From the IMG/VR virus record IMGVR_UViG_3300047463_000183, positions 1 to 61,401 of that record: 61,401 nucleotides of DNA, one strand, 5' to 3'. Shown one piece after another: positions 26,226 to 36,439 of the stretch. The stretch comes from a virus (Duplodnaviria > Caudoviricetes). The first letter of the stretch is position 1. Every line of letters begins with the position of its first letter. The position numbers were made by a program, and so were the translations under genes. Under the pieces are notes generated by a model, which saw only the letters and a program-made list of their open reading frames with translations, did no database searches and was not told the origin of the DNA.

Positions 26226-27209
26226 TTAGTTACCAATCGCAAACCAGACAATGTTAACGGAATTGGTAATTGTGTGAGATCCGCCACTTGCGTTATCACA
26301 CGTAAATGTAAATCCAGAAGTTGACAAAGAGGATGCGTAAACCGTCAAAGCAACCCAAGAAGATGAACCAGCATTATTTGGCGTTCCCCATGCTCCAAAT
26401 ACATTATTTGGAAATGCAATTGGAAAGGAACCAGATACATATCCCAGATTACTTCCTGTGGTAATTGTCCCAGATACACCCCACTGAAGAATCAATCCAT
26501 TGGGAAATTTTTGGTAACCAGAAGATGCAATGGATGCCGGGAACTGACCAAGGTTGACCGCCTGACTGGCCGAAGATGCAGCGGCGACGGCAAATACCTG
26601 ACCGGCATTGCCAGCGATGGGTGCGGCGTAGCTGTCGACGAATGCCGTCGTGGCGACGCGAGTGCTGTTGTCGCTGCTGGCTGGCGTTGGGGCGGTCGGC
26701 GTGCCAGTGAAAGCTGGACTGGCCAGAGGTGCCTGGGCCAACCAACCAGCCGTGGCTGCCGGGCCAGACGTGACGCAGACCCACATCAGGTTGTTGGTCG
26801 TGTCCCAGACCTGAGAAGGAGCATTCGACGCTGTGGCGGCATATCCAGCAACATTGCCATTTGGATTACCAGCATACTGCGTCACCTGACCAAATGAGTT
26901 GGTCGTGCCAGCCGTGATCAGATTCTGCACCAAAGATCCGGAGGACCAGTTCTGCGCTGTCGTGCCTTCCTGAGCACGCACAACTGTGAACGTGTCGGTG
27001 GAAACGGCGGTAACGTGCATGATCTCCGACGCTGGCGTTGATCCAGACGCTGGGTTTAAGGTGATTTTGAAATACTGACCATTAGAGATAGTAGGAAATA
27101 ACGCTCCCGTTCCAGCAGCAACGCTAATACTCGTCGCGGATGAAGAAATTGTAGATGCAAGCGTTGTGGACGCTTGATTTTTGAACTGCAAAAGACCGGG
27201 AGCGGCCAT
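26226..27209 (-). CDS. Short tail fibre (gp53-like C-terminal domain)
   Basis: VVRAQEGTTA, SPAFTGTPTAPTP..DNST..ATTAFV, GYQKFPNGLILQWG...FPIAFPN...WFAIGN. Confidence 0.8.
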   Translation of the reverse strand: MAAPGLLQFKNQASTTLASTISSSATSISVAAGTGALFPTISNGQYFKITLNPASGSTPASEIMHVTAVSTDTFTVVRAQEGTTAQNWSSGSLVQNLITAGTTNSFGQVTQYAGNPNGNVAGYAATASNAPSQVWDTTNNLMWVCVTSGPAATAGWLAQAPLASPAFTGTPTAPTPASSDNSTRVATTAFVDSYAAPIAGNAGQVFAVAAASSASQAVNLGQFPASIASSGYQKFPNGLILQWGVSGTITTGSNLGYVSGSFPIAFPNNVFGAWGTPNNAGSSSWVALTVYASSLSTSGFTFTCDNASGGSHTITNSVNIVWFAIGN

Positions 27210-27415
27210 TATTTCCTCCGAAAGTGCTTGTTCATGGCGTCTGAATCACCACGCGAAACAGCACCCATATAAGACGTGATCTCGCAATCCTTCCTGGGCA
27301 CACCAGCAGTCCTGAGAGCTATGGCAACCGCTTGTTTCTGCGGTTTACCAGCTTCGATTTCACGTTTGATATTGCGTGAAATGACGTCCTGACTCTTACC
27401 TTTTTCGAGTGGCAT
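27209..27415 (-). CDS. Small basic phage protein
   Basis: [30 protein letters not shown], a recurrent phage motif; GGAG RBS. Confidence 0.7.
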   Translation of the reverse strand: MPLEKGKSQDVISRNIKREIEAGKPQKQAVAIALRTAGVPRKDCEITSYMGAVSRGDSDAMNKHFRRK

Positions 27416-27424
27416 TTTGTTCTC

Positions 27425-27790
27425 CTACAAACTTCCGCTCACAAGCCAAACAGGTATGGCGCCGGTCGCGCTGTTTTGAGCGTCAGAGTATGGCGGGCCA
27501 GAAGGTTGGCTGACTTTATATACAGGAATGGCGCCGCCGGATTGCCCTTGATCATTCGAATATGGCGGGCCGGACGGTTGACTGACAACGCGGACGGGAA
27601 TGGCTCCAGCCGCGTTGTTCTGAGCATTTGGATATGTTGGTCCAGCCGGTTGCGTCGTCACCCAGACCGGGATAGCCCCGGCTGGAAGATTCTGGGCATT
27701 AGGATACGTGGGGCCAGAGGGCGCACCACCTGCATTCCATACCGGGATCGAGGCCAGACTGTTGCTTTGGGTATTCGGATAGCTGGCCAT
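27425..27790 (-). CDS. Protein of five 24-aa repeats
   Basis: Unit (S/A)GP(T/P)Y(P/S)N(A/D)Q...GAIPV....QP. Confidence 0.7.
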   Translation of the reverse strand: MASYPNTQSNSLASIPVWNAGGAPSGPTYPNAQNLPAGAIPVWVTTQPAGPTYPNAQNNAAGAIPVRVVSQPSGPPYSNDQGQSGGAIPVYKVSQPSGPPYSDAQNSATGAIPVWLVSGSL

Positions 27791-27797
27791 TCTGATC

Positions 27798-28196
27798 TCA
27801 CGTGGTTATGATTGGTCCATAATATGGCGACGGTGGCGGCGGTATCGGCACTGAGGCCAGGGTTGGATCAATCGGTAGATATACATACCACACAAAAGTC
27901 CGTCCCGCAGCAGTATTTGCTGTCAGATTGACCGTGTATTGGCGTCCAACCACGCCGCCGGTCAGATAGAGCGTGATCACATTGTTCGACACGGACAGAT
28001 TGCTGGCCACGACTTCACCAACCCCTGACGGTGCGACACATGCGCTGGCTGAGGTGATGATGTCAGAAGCGTCGCTGATCGCCGCCGACACATCCAGACC
28101 ATAATCCAGGTGATCATCCGGTTCCGCCATTGGCCAAGACAATGGCGGTTTCCAGGATGGCGTCAGGGTGATGACGCGATTGGCGGAAATGATCAT
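27798..28196 (-). CDS. Fibre-tail adaptor-like protein
   Basis: DDHLDYGLDVS...YLTGGVVGRQY...T.AGRT; paralogue of 25749-26225. Confidence 0.6.
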   Translation of the reverse strand: MIISANRVITLTPSWKPPLSWPMAEPDDHLDYGLDVSAAISDASDIITSASACVAPSGVGEVVASNLSVSNNVITLYLTGGVVGRQYTVNLTANTAAGRTFVWYVYLPIDPTLASVPIPPPPSPYYGPIITT

Positions 28197-31100
28197 GTCT
28201 GATTATTGGTCGAGACTGTATTTGTCGCAGACCCAAATGATGTTGTTCCTGAGAAATTTTTGAACACATTATTTACAACTTGAATGTTGTTTCCTGATGC
28301 AGTAACTACAGCATAATCAAGAGCGGTTGCATCATTCCTGGCGTAATTTCCCATAACAATAACATTACTTAAAGTGATTCCAGTATTGCCTAACCATATC
28401 ATTTGCTTAACAGGGCCAAAGGCAAAATTATTGGTGTAAATTAAGCTGTTTAATGTTGCACTAGCTCCAATCCCAACTGTCGTTCCGGCAGTGCTTGTTG
28501 CGGCATTAAATGGCGCAAATGTGCAGCTAGAAATTTTGACCGCTTGAGAAATAGTGCCATTAAGGCTAATTCCATTAATACACGCATCAAATTGGCATCC
28601 AATAAAAGTATATGGTCCCCCTCCAGTATAAGATACAGCGCCACCATTTACAAAGGCGGCATACCCATACCCCCAAGCCTGAATGTTTATAACCTCAAAC
28701 CAGTCATTTCCGCCAGCTTGAATTAGTTGAGCATTAGATGCCATCCACAACACAAGTCCTGTTGTTAATTGATTTTGAGCTATCCTACCGGCATTGAAAC
28801 TACAATCTTTTATAGTTGACCAATCTATCATTTTTGAAACAGCTATAAAAGAAAACGGACATCCATTGCAATTGGATACATATAAATTGCCAATACCCAA
28901 AGGACTTGTATAATATCCAGCATTTATAGCTATATATGATTTATTAAACCAGCAATCTTTTATTGTTTGATCAAGATTTTGCTGGGTTCCGTAAATCATT
29001 ATAGTAGAACCGTATTCTACTCCAGAACTTAGGTTCCATATTTGTGCAGGATAATCAAATGCAATATTTTGAATGGTCCCTCCATCTTGTAAAAGGATGG
29101 CAGAATAAGTTGGATTCGTGGAATTTCCAGAACCAGCGCCCCAGTTTATTTCCATTACAGAGCCAGTAATTAGATTGGCATATAAATTTGTGCTCCAAGA
29201 GGAATATGTTCCACTACCAACAGTAGACGTAACATTAACGACCAAAGCACCAGTTGATGAATTATAAGACGTAACCGTTCCAGTCATATATGCTGTAGCA
29301 CTATTGCCAATCAAAATTGATTGACCGGAAGTAAATGCTTGAGTAGATCCACCAGATGTCGTAGCGACAGTAAGGCTTTGAGATCCAGTTGCGATAGTCA
29401 ATGATGTGGTTGATGTCGTGCAATAGTTAGCATTCCATGTATAAGATGGAGCCGCCTCACCTTGCAAAATGACATTAGGCTTAACAGTGACTTGAGCCGT
29501 AAATTTGTAACGACCAGCCGGAACTAAGACTGTTCCACCGCCAGCGGTGTAGGCTGCATTGATGGCTGATTGAAACGCTGATGAATTGTCAGATAATGAT
29601 GTTGATGCGCCATAAGACGTGACAACGTATATACCATTAACAGTTGCGGACACCGACGTCGGAGTCACAGACGTCACACGACCATAAGCATCCGTCGTAA
29701 GAACCGGAATTGATGTCGCGGAGCCGTAAGTTCCCGCCGTCCCTGTTGCGGGGAGGGAAATCGTCCCTGTTGATGTAATGGTTCCGCCGGACAGGCCATT
29801 ACCAGCCACGATCTGGGTTACAGTTCCACCGCTGGATGTAGCAATCAAAGTCCCGCTGGAAATTGATAAACCCGAACCAACAGTCAATTCACCTAACAAG
29901 GCACCGCTTGTTTGATAAAGCAGCGTGTTGCTTGTTCCGCTGGTGATCGGAGTAGATCCAATAGCCAAAGAACTACTGACCGTAGTCGATCCACCAAGCG
30001 CGACAGAGGTTCCGTTGATCGTGATACTGCTGTTGGCGAGATAGGCGTTCTGGATCGCGGTAGCATTCCAAACACCAGCAGTCAAAGTTCCTACGCCAGT
30101 AATTCCAGAATAAGATCCAGTCAAGCGACCACTGGGAAGTGTGCCTGATGAAATATTGGAAGCGTTTGTAGTATCCGTTGTCGCTGAAGCGGCAAGACCG
30201 GAAACAGCGCCAGACGAAATAGCAACGGCAGTTGGAGTTACAGAAGAAACACGACCATAAGAGTCTGTAACAATTACAGGTATAGACGAAGAGGCCCCGT
30301 AAGTTCCAGGCGTTCCAATAGTGCTTAGACCAAGACTTACAGCAGAGCTTCCATTGAAAGATCCACCGGTTAATGGGCTGTTAATCGTCAGAGAATTTGG
30401 GGTATTAGCTGTAACGGTTGTTGTTCCGCCAAGCGTGACAAAATTACCATTGACCGTAACGCCATTGCTTGTCGTAGCCAAAGTTCCAGATACTGGTAAC
30501 GTCACAGACGTTGTGCCAGATGCCGTAATGGTGACAGGAAATGCGCCAGCGTGAGTTACGTTTCCAGCAAGCGTAAGCGTATTAGAGCCGTTATTGACCC
30601 CAGTTCCTCCATTTGCAGATGGCAAAATACCAGTAACGCCAGTTGTAAGCGGCAATCCTGTAGCGTTCGTTAAAACAGCGGCGGAAACAGTTCCAAGGTT
30701 AGGCGTGATCAGAGTCGGACTATTGCTCAAAACAACATTGCCAGGAGACCCCGTAGCAGGAGTTTGGGCTAATACTGTTCCGTTAACATACAAAAAATCG
30801 CCGCTTGTGCCGCCAGTTACAGTGCCACCAATGGCAATGCTAGCGGCAGATGTTCCAGTGGAAGCAATGACGATGCTGCCAGATGAGTTCGTGATGCTGA
30901 TACCAGTTCCAGCCGTAAGCGTCGCTGGCGTATAGATTGAACCAGACGTGCTGATGGGAATCTGACCAACCACTGTTGGTGCTGTCGATGTTCCAAGGCC
31001 ACCATAAGCAGGCGCAATTGCCGTGGCTTGCCATGTGCCAGTCGACAGTGTTCCGACGCTGGTCAGACTGGTCAGGCTGGCGATATTGGTCGTGGCCAGC

Positions 31101-31963
31101 GTTCCGCTGACCGGCAAAGTGATTGATGTCGGACCAGTTGATGTAAGCGTGGTCGCGAATGTGCCAACCTGAGAAAAGTTGGCGGCGGTGCTGAACGTGC
31201 TACCAGAAGCAAGGGCCAGCGTGCCGGTCGTCGTGTTGATGGTCAAGCCATTGATGCTGGTGGCCAGGGCTGCGCCCAAGGTGGGCGTTACCAGCGTTGG
31301 GCTGTTGCTCAATACCGGATTGCCAAGCGTGCCAGTCGGCGCGACCTGGGCCAGCAGAGGACTCCCTACAGTGCCGCCGACATACAGAAAATAACCCAAG
31401 GTCCCGGTCACAACCGTGCTACCAATAGCGATAGCAGCCGCCGCTGTTCCGGTTGCCTGAAGCGTGCCAGACGTAATGGTCAGACCGGCGCCAATCGCCG
31501 CTTCACTCAACAGCGTACCATTTTGATACAGAACAGAACCCGTAGTGCCACCACTGATAGCCGTGGTTCCGATATTCAACACGGCCCCAGACGCGACCAG
31601 CGTTCCAGCCGTGACCGTCAATCCAGTGCCAATAGGGATGGCCGCGACCGTTCCAGCAACAGTGCCGACGTTGCCAAGCAGAGAATTTGCGGCAATGGTC
31701 GAGATCCCAAGAGTGCCGCTGTTAATGGCCAAACCAGCACCAACTGCGGCTTCGCCCAACACCGTGCCATTCTGATAGACCACAGAGCCGGTCGTGCCGC
31801 CATTAACGACGGTCGTGCCGATGTTCAAAACACTGGCAAGGGTTAAAGAACCACCAAGAGCAACAGTAGACCCATTGATGGTGATGGGCGTATTGAAGTT
31901 GGCATCAAGATCGGCAAGAGGAATACTGCCAGACATGGATGCAAAAGTGTAGGGAACAGCCAT
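28193..31963 (-). CDS. Tail fibre/tailspike with C-terminal beta-helix (pectate lyase 3 / GH28-related) domain
   Basis: LADLDANF N-terminus, fibre repeats, then VTSYGA....DNSSAFQSAINAA...GGGTVLVPAGRY and Asn-rich beta-helix. Confidence 0.8.
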   Translation of the reverse strand: MAVPYTFASMSGSIPLADLDANFNTPITINGSTVALGGSLTLASVLNIGTTVVNGGTTGSVVYQNGTVLGEAAVGAGLAINSGTLGISTIAANSLLGNVGTVAGTVAAIPIGTGLTVTAGTLVASGAVLNIGTTAISGGTTGSVLYQNGTLLSEAAIGAGLTITSGTLQATGTAAAAIAIGSTVVTGTLGYFLYVGGTVGSPLLAQVAPTGTLGNPVLSNSPTLVTPTLGAALATSINGLTINTTTGTLALASGSTFSTAANFSQVGTFATTLTSTGPTSITLPVSGTLATTNIASLTSLTSVGTLSTGTWQATAIAPAYGGLGTSTAPTVVGQIPISTSGSIYTPATLTAGTGISITNSSGSIVIASTGTSAASIAIGGTVTGGTSGDFLYVNGTVLAQTPATGSPGNVVLSNSPTLITPNLGTVSAAVLTNATGLPLTTGVTGILPSANGGTGVNNGSNTLTLAGNVTHAGAFPVTITASGTTSVTLPVSGTLATTSNGVTVNGNFVTLGGTTTVTANTPNSLTINSPLTGGSFNGSSAVSLGLSTIGTPGTYGASSSIPVIVTDSYGRVSSVTPTAVAISSGAVSGLAASATTDTTNASNISSGTLPSGRLTGSYSGITGVGTLTAGVWNATAIQNAYLANSSITINGTSVALGGSTTVSSSLAIGSTPITSGTSNTLLYQTSGALLGELTVGSGLSISSGTLIATSSGGTVTQIVAGNGLSGGTITSTGTISLPATGTAGTYGSATSIPVLTTDAYGRVTSVTPTSVSATVNGIYVVTSYGASTSLSDNSSAFQSAINAAYTAGGGTVLVPAGRYKFTAQVTVKPNVILQGEAAPSYTWNANYCTTSTTSLTIATGSQSLTVATTSGGSTQAFTSGQSILIGNSATAYMTGTVTSYNSSTGALVVNVTSTVGSGTYSSWSTNLYANLITGSVMEINWGAGSGNSTNPTYSAILLQDGGTIQNIAFDYPAQIWNLSSGVEYGSTIMIYGTQQNLDQTIKDCWFNKSYIAINAGYYTSPLGIGNLYVSNCNGCPFSFIAVSKMIDWSTIKDCSFNAGRIAQNQLTTGLVLWMASNAQLIQAGGNDWFEVINIQAWGYGYAAFVNGGAVSYTGGGPYTFIGCQFDACINGISLNGTISQAVKISSCTFAPFNAATSTAGTTVGIGASATLNSLIYTNNFAFGPVKQMIWLGNTGITLSNVIVMGNYARNDATALDYAVVTASGNNIQVVNNVFKNFSGTTSFGSATNTVSTNNQT

Positions 31964-31975
31964 CTTATCTGACCT

Positions 31976-32746
31976 TTACGAGTGATACCAAGTGACCGCC
32001 GCTGAGGCGTTATTTATCCACGTCACGACGTTGCTTGTGCTATTAGTCCAAGAGACAGTCGTTTGAACGCTGCCAGAAATAACTAAGCTCCAGGTATAAA
32101 TCTGGAACGGCATTTCAGCCGCACCGCTGGCAATCGCAGCCTGAAGATATGGCGCAGCAGGATAATTCGGGCACGTTATCGTGGCAGTCGACCCGCTGAA
32201 CGTGACGCTTATTTGAGACGTCAAAGTTTGCAAATTGGCGGGAGAGCCAATCGGGCCAGGATAATTGAGCGCCGGAGCCGTTCCGTTTGTGCCGATCAAA
32301 AACCTGAGAACTCGACGTTTCAACCATCTTATACTAAAAGTCTTTCCATCGCCTTTGTAAAAATGCCACGTCAAAAGACGAGCATAGATGTCATCTGAGA
32401 CGACAAAAGACGTTCCAGTTGTTGATGTTTCTGTGTTTAATGGGACTTTAGCATTATATCCGTATGTATTTAACGGGCCAATAGAAGTTGCTGGTGTTCC
32501 GGGAAGTGATGGTCGAGGATAGCCGTATATTCCGGCTCCAACCCAGTCCAAAAGAGCGCCAGAAATTGAGTTTGATGGATATATTGGTAAATCAAGCTGG
32601 TTAAAAGTATTTACGTATTGTTGAGCAATAGCATTATATGACGCTACGAAAGCCTGCAAATCATCGTCATCAGCATACTGCGTATAAAGATACGACGGTA
32701 TGACGTTTTGCAGCATGGTATTTGCAAAACTGGTTGAACCGCTCAT
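31976..32746 (-). CDS. Baseplate wedge protein
   Basis: LLDWVG.GIYGY.RP, SDDIY.RLLTWHFYKGDG; follows baseplate J-like gene. Confidence 0.7.
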   Translation of the reverse strand: MSGSTSFANTMLQNVIPSYLYTQYADDDDLQAFVASYNAIAQQYVNTFNQLDLPIYPSNSISGALLDWVGAGIYGYPRPSLPGTPATSIGPLNTYGYNAKVPLNTETSTTGTSFVVSDDIYARLLTWHFYKGDGKTFSIRWLKRRVLRFLIGTNGTAPALNYPGPIGSPANLQTLTSQISVTFSGSTATITCPNYPAAPYLQAAIASGAAEMPFQIYTWSLVISGSVQTTVSWTNSTSNVVTWINNASAAVTWYHS

Positions 32747-32749
32747 AGA

Positions 32750-34405
32750 TCAACCCTGAGTGATTGTGATAGCAGAAGATGTTGTAAGGAAATAACTTTC
32801 TGGATCTCCAGAGATTATCCCAGTTCCACTTGATGGAGTTGTCAGCGTGCTATTGATATACACACTGAAAACCATTCTGGTCAAATTTGCTGTAGGAAGA
32901 ACAGAAGCTGTTGCAATCTGAAAAGCGTTCTGTAATTCAAACAGATTTATAGGTTGACCAACAGGAATGCTATTGATGTATGCGGCAATAGCAATAGCAC
33001 CAAGAGACGCCACCGTTGTAGCGGAAACAGAATAAAGAGAATTTGTATTCCACGTCAAAGACACAGTAACATTTTGAACTGGTGGAACTACAAATGGTAT
33101 CGTATAACTGTTAGGATAATCGTTGACAGTTATGTATTGCGTCCGAGCATTAGGCGTTATTACGCCACCGCTTACGTAAGCGGGAGCGGAAGACGAATTA
33201 TAAGTAATGCTAAACGTCGTTGCCGTAACGACCGTCACCGTCCAGGTGCCGTTCGCACCAGTCATTCCAAGGACGCCACTGATCGTGATAGAGTTCCCGG
33301 TCGTCAGGCCGTGCGGAAGGGCGGTCGTCACGACCGCCGCGCTGGCTTGAGTGATGCTGGTGATGACGCCGGTCTGCGATCCAGCCAGGGTCGTGATGTC
33401 GAAGACTGAATTGAAGATCGCGTTGGCGATCTGGTAGGGGTCGGCGGTGCCGCCGACGATGATCTGCCACGTGTTACCCTGCGGAACAATTGACACCAGC
33501 CGGTTTTGAACACCGCTTACATTGCCCAGCGCCGTCTTCAGGAAGCGCGGCATACTAAGAGCCGACGCCAAGCCAGCTTGCAGCACCTGGGACCGATAAT
33601 CGTCCACAGTCTGCGCACCAGTCGATGGCGTGCCAGGAAGCGGATTGGTGACGTTCAAAGCAATGCCAGTCGGCACTGACGTATTCAAGGTCGTCACGCT
33701 ATTGGCGGGGACAGCCCATGACCCAGATTGGGTAGCAAGGCAGTAAAGAGACGCCGACGACCCATTGGCGCTGAACGTGCCGCTGCCGGTATAGGCGGGT
33801 GCTGACGTTGAGTTATAGACGACGCTGAACGTCGTGGTCGACAGCACGGTGACGGTCCAGACGCCATTGATGCCGGTCATGCCAAGTGCGCCAGCGATGG
33901 TGATCTGCTGGCCAGTGGCGAGACCGTGTGCGCTTGTCGTCGTGACGACGGCTGGATTGGCCTGGGTGATGGCGCTGATCGTGCCGGACTGCGGCGCGGT
34001 GCCAATGATGCCGCCATCCTGCACCGTATATTGATACGTGCCGTCCGAGACCGTGAAGCCAATCGGAATGATGTAGCCCGGCGTGCCAGAGAACACGCAG
34101 TAGACCGACGTGTTGGTGCCCTGGCCCTGCTGGACGCCGTAGATCTGGCCAAGCTGGTTCAGCAGGAACTGATTGGCGCCGTAGGGCGTCACCGAATTGA
34201 TCAGTTCGACAAGGGCCGAGTTGCACTGAAGGATGGCGTAGACGTCAGTGCTGCTGATGTCTTCGATCAGCGTGCCGGGCAGGTTCGCCGTGTAGCCGGG
34301 ATTGGTGGCGGCGACACCGGCCAGAAGAGCAGTCTGGACGTCAGTGGGTGTAGCCGGTGTCATTCCGGCAGGACCCATGACGATAGGGATGGTTGTTCCG
34401 CTCAT
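32750..34405 (-). CDS. Baseplate J-like protein with two FCCH-like inserts
   Basis: LNQLGQIYG, FSGTPGYIIP.G..VSDG, A.T.DDYRSQV; two ITQA..AVVTT..HGL.TG inserts. Confidence 0.78.
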   Translation of the reverse strand: MSGTTIPIVMGPAGMTPATPTDVQTALLAGVAATNPGYTANLPGTLIEDISSTDVYAILQCNSALVELINSVTPYGANQFLLNQLGQIYGVQQGQGTNTSVYCVFSGTPGYIIPIGFTVSDGTYQYTVQDGGIIGTAPQSGTISAITQANPAVVTTTSAHGLATGQQITIAGALGMTGINGVWTVTVLSTTTFSVVYNSTSAPAYTGSGTFSANGSSASLYCLATQSGSWAVPANSVTTLNTSVPTGIALNVTNPLPGTPSTGAQTVDDYRSQVLQAGLASALSMPRFLKTALGNVSGVQNRLVSIVPQGNTWQIIVGGTADPYQIANAIFNSVFDITTLAGSQTGVITSITQASAAVVTTALPHGLTTGNSITISGVLGMTGANGTWTVTVVTATTFSITYNSSSAPAYVSGGVITPNARTQYITVNDYPNSYTIPFVVPPVQNVTVSLTWNTNSLYSVSATTVASLGAIAIAAYINSIPVGQPINLFELQNAFQIATASVLPTANLTRMVFSVYINSTLTTPSSGTGIISGDPESYFLTTSSAITITQG

Positions 34406-34749
34406 ACGGGGATACTCGCCTGGAATTGAACACCCTGATTGGTGGTGATGTTTATATTGTATGTTGGAGTAGGAGAGTAAATTTTACTGATTTGAAGCGT
34501 TGAAAAGAATTGAGAATATCTTTGCTGTATCAATGATACATAAAAATCAGGGAATATTTGCTGCACAACAGATTGTTGTGCTGGTATTCCCCAATTAGAC
34601 CAAAAGGGAGATTCACCTAAATTCAATTTAAGACATTGAATTAGAGCCGTTATGTAAACATAATCATTTTGACCAGATGCGCTTGTTTGCACTTCCTGCC
34701 ATGAATATGTTTGTGTCTGTGGATTCAGGACGCGACCATAAACTCTCAC
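34402..34749 (-). CDS. Baseplate protein (gp25/gp46-like)
   Basis: Q.LKLNLGESPFW..WGIP; position between spike and J. Confidence 0.68.
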   Translation of the reverse strand: MRVYGRVLNPQTQTYSWQEVQTSASGQNDYVYITALIQCLKLNLGESPFWSNWGIPAQQSVVQQIFPDFYVSLIQQRYSQFFSTLQISKIYSPTPTYNINITTNQGVQFQASIPV

Positions 34750-35360
34750 GGAACCACAGCCCCTGTGTTGCCAGACCCTGCCGTAACGCCGGAATGTTCG
34801 TGCGAAAGGAAAGGCTTGCCATTGATGGTCAGCGTCCCGGTGATTGAGACACCGCTACTATTGATAGTAACATTGTTTCCGCCGACAGACAAGACGATCT
34901 GCGATGGCGTCAGCGTTATCTTGGCGTTCCCGCTGTCATCTTGAATGACAGCGCCGTTTGGACCGGTGATATTGTATGCGTTCGTATCAACAGAAGGAAA
35001 TGATACATTAGATAATGGAACAAAAACTAAAGTTGATAAATTGCTTTCTTTTCTTGAGTAATCCGCAACGCCACCCCCAAGACCGGTAACTCCTCCAAGA
35101 TAAACATCAGAAGATGTTAAGAATCCCTTATCTCCAATTTGAATTGGAGGTCTCGCATATCTTGATATTGCTTGTGGAACTGTTATTTGAGGAAATGTTA
35201 TATTACTGTTCACCTCAAACTTAACAGTTACCATTGATCCTTTTATAGCTACAACAGAGCATGGTAATTGTTGACCAAATTGTTGAGAGCTATCATCAAT
35301 GGCTCCTTTGACAAAATTTGTCATAGAGGCCGCAAATGGTATTTTCTGTCCAAGGCTCAA
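34746..35360 (-). CDS. Baseplate central spike (Gp138/gpV-like)
   Basis: PIQIGDKG OB-fold, C-terminal HEHSGV..GSGNTG iron-binding tip. Confidence 0.85.
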   Translation of the reverse strand: MSLGQKIPFAASMTNFVKGAIDDSSQQFGQQLPCSVVAIKGSMVTVKFEVNSNITFPQITVPQAISRYARPPIQIGDKGFLTSSDVYLGGVTGLGGGVADYSRKESNLSTLVFVPLSNVSFPSVDTNAYNITGPNGAVIQDDSGNAKITLTPSQIVLSVGGNNVTINSSGVSITGTLTINGKPFLSHEHSGVTAGSGNTGAVVP

Positions 35361-36439
35361 GTAAAACCTCCTGCACCAGTTTGGGATTGAGTTTGAACCG
35401 GAACTCCTTCAAAAACTGTTACCCAAGAATTGGCGTCAGGTTGCCTGAAACTTCCAACATGCCTTACACTTATAATTTGAAACAATCCATTTTGATTTAA
35501 TTTATCTCTATAGTTCTTTGGAGTAAATGGATTAGAAGAAGCTATTCCATAATATCCACTTGGAAGTAATACTGTATCATTGATATTTATATCTGATCTC
35601 ATGGCGCATTTGAATTGAATTAAACCTACATCAATCCACGTTGGCTGACCAATGAATGATGTAAAATCTATAGAAACATTTTTTGATTTATTGGAAACAT
35701 CGCCACTTTCTTGTGCTATCTGAACTGAAGATGGAATATTAGTTCCATCTAATACAACAAAATATCCATTTGCATTTTGTTGTATAGTAACTCCAGTATA
35801 ATTTCCACCTATCATTTTTTTTGTAAATTGTCTTAGCCATTCAGAAAAAGATGAAAGATCTTTATATACGCCGGATTGAGGAGATGGTAAAACTAAATTT
35901 GGACTTAAGTTTTGATATACTTTACTTCCAGGCATTGCATTGTTAAAAAAATCAACAATAACAGATGATATACTAGTTCCAGCTGGCCAGTAAAAGAATC
36001 CATTAAATGGTTGAGAGTAATCGCCCGTAAGAGGAGGAGATGGATTTGAAGAAGATTTAGTAGCAAGACCCGGAGTCATCATAAAATTCAAAGTCATTTC
36101 AGTGCCCTGCCAATTGCCGAAGCATTGCAGGATTTGCCCCTGAAAAATAGGACCAGAAAATTTTGATGCGACGGTCGCTAATGGTAAACCTTTTTGAAAT
36201 CCAGCTTTTATAAGTATGTTTTTACCATTTTGATTAAACGCATTTGATATTTCTTGTAATGGTATTCCCCATATAGTTAAAGCGCAATTACCTACCGGAT
36301 TATCAAATGTAGATACAGGAATGTCGAATTGTATATTAAGAGCGCCGGGCGTAGTTACGCCATTCAGCAAGCTGCTATACACTATTGGTGTAGCTCTTTG
36401 ATTATTGGGATCAGTTATTGTGATCTCATAATATCTCAA
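35357..36439 (-). CDS. Baseplate hub protein
   Basis: IFQGQI...GNWQG, IGQPTW, FQIISVRHVG.FR...W.T; position. Confidence 0.7.
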   Translation of the reverse strand: MRYYEITITDPNNQRATPIVYSSLLNGVTTPGALNIQFDIPVSTFDNPVGNCALTIWGIPLQEISNAFNQNGKNILIKAGFQKGLPLATVASKFSGPIFQGQILQCFGNWQGTEMTLNFMMTPGLATKSSSNPSPPLTGDYSQPFNGFFYWPAGTSISSVIVDFFNNAMPGSKVYQNLSPNLVLPSPQSGVYKDLSSFSEWLRQFTKKMIGGNYTGVTIQQNANGYFVVLDGTNIPSSVQIAQESGDVSNKSKNVSIDFTSFIGQPTWIDVGLIQFKCAMRSDININDTVLLPSGYYGIASSNPFTPKNYRDKLNQNGLFQIISVRHVGSFRQPDANSWVTVFEGVPVQTQSQTGAGGFT

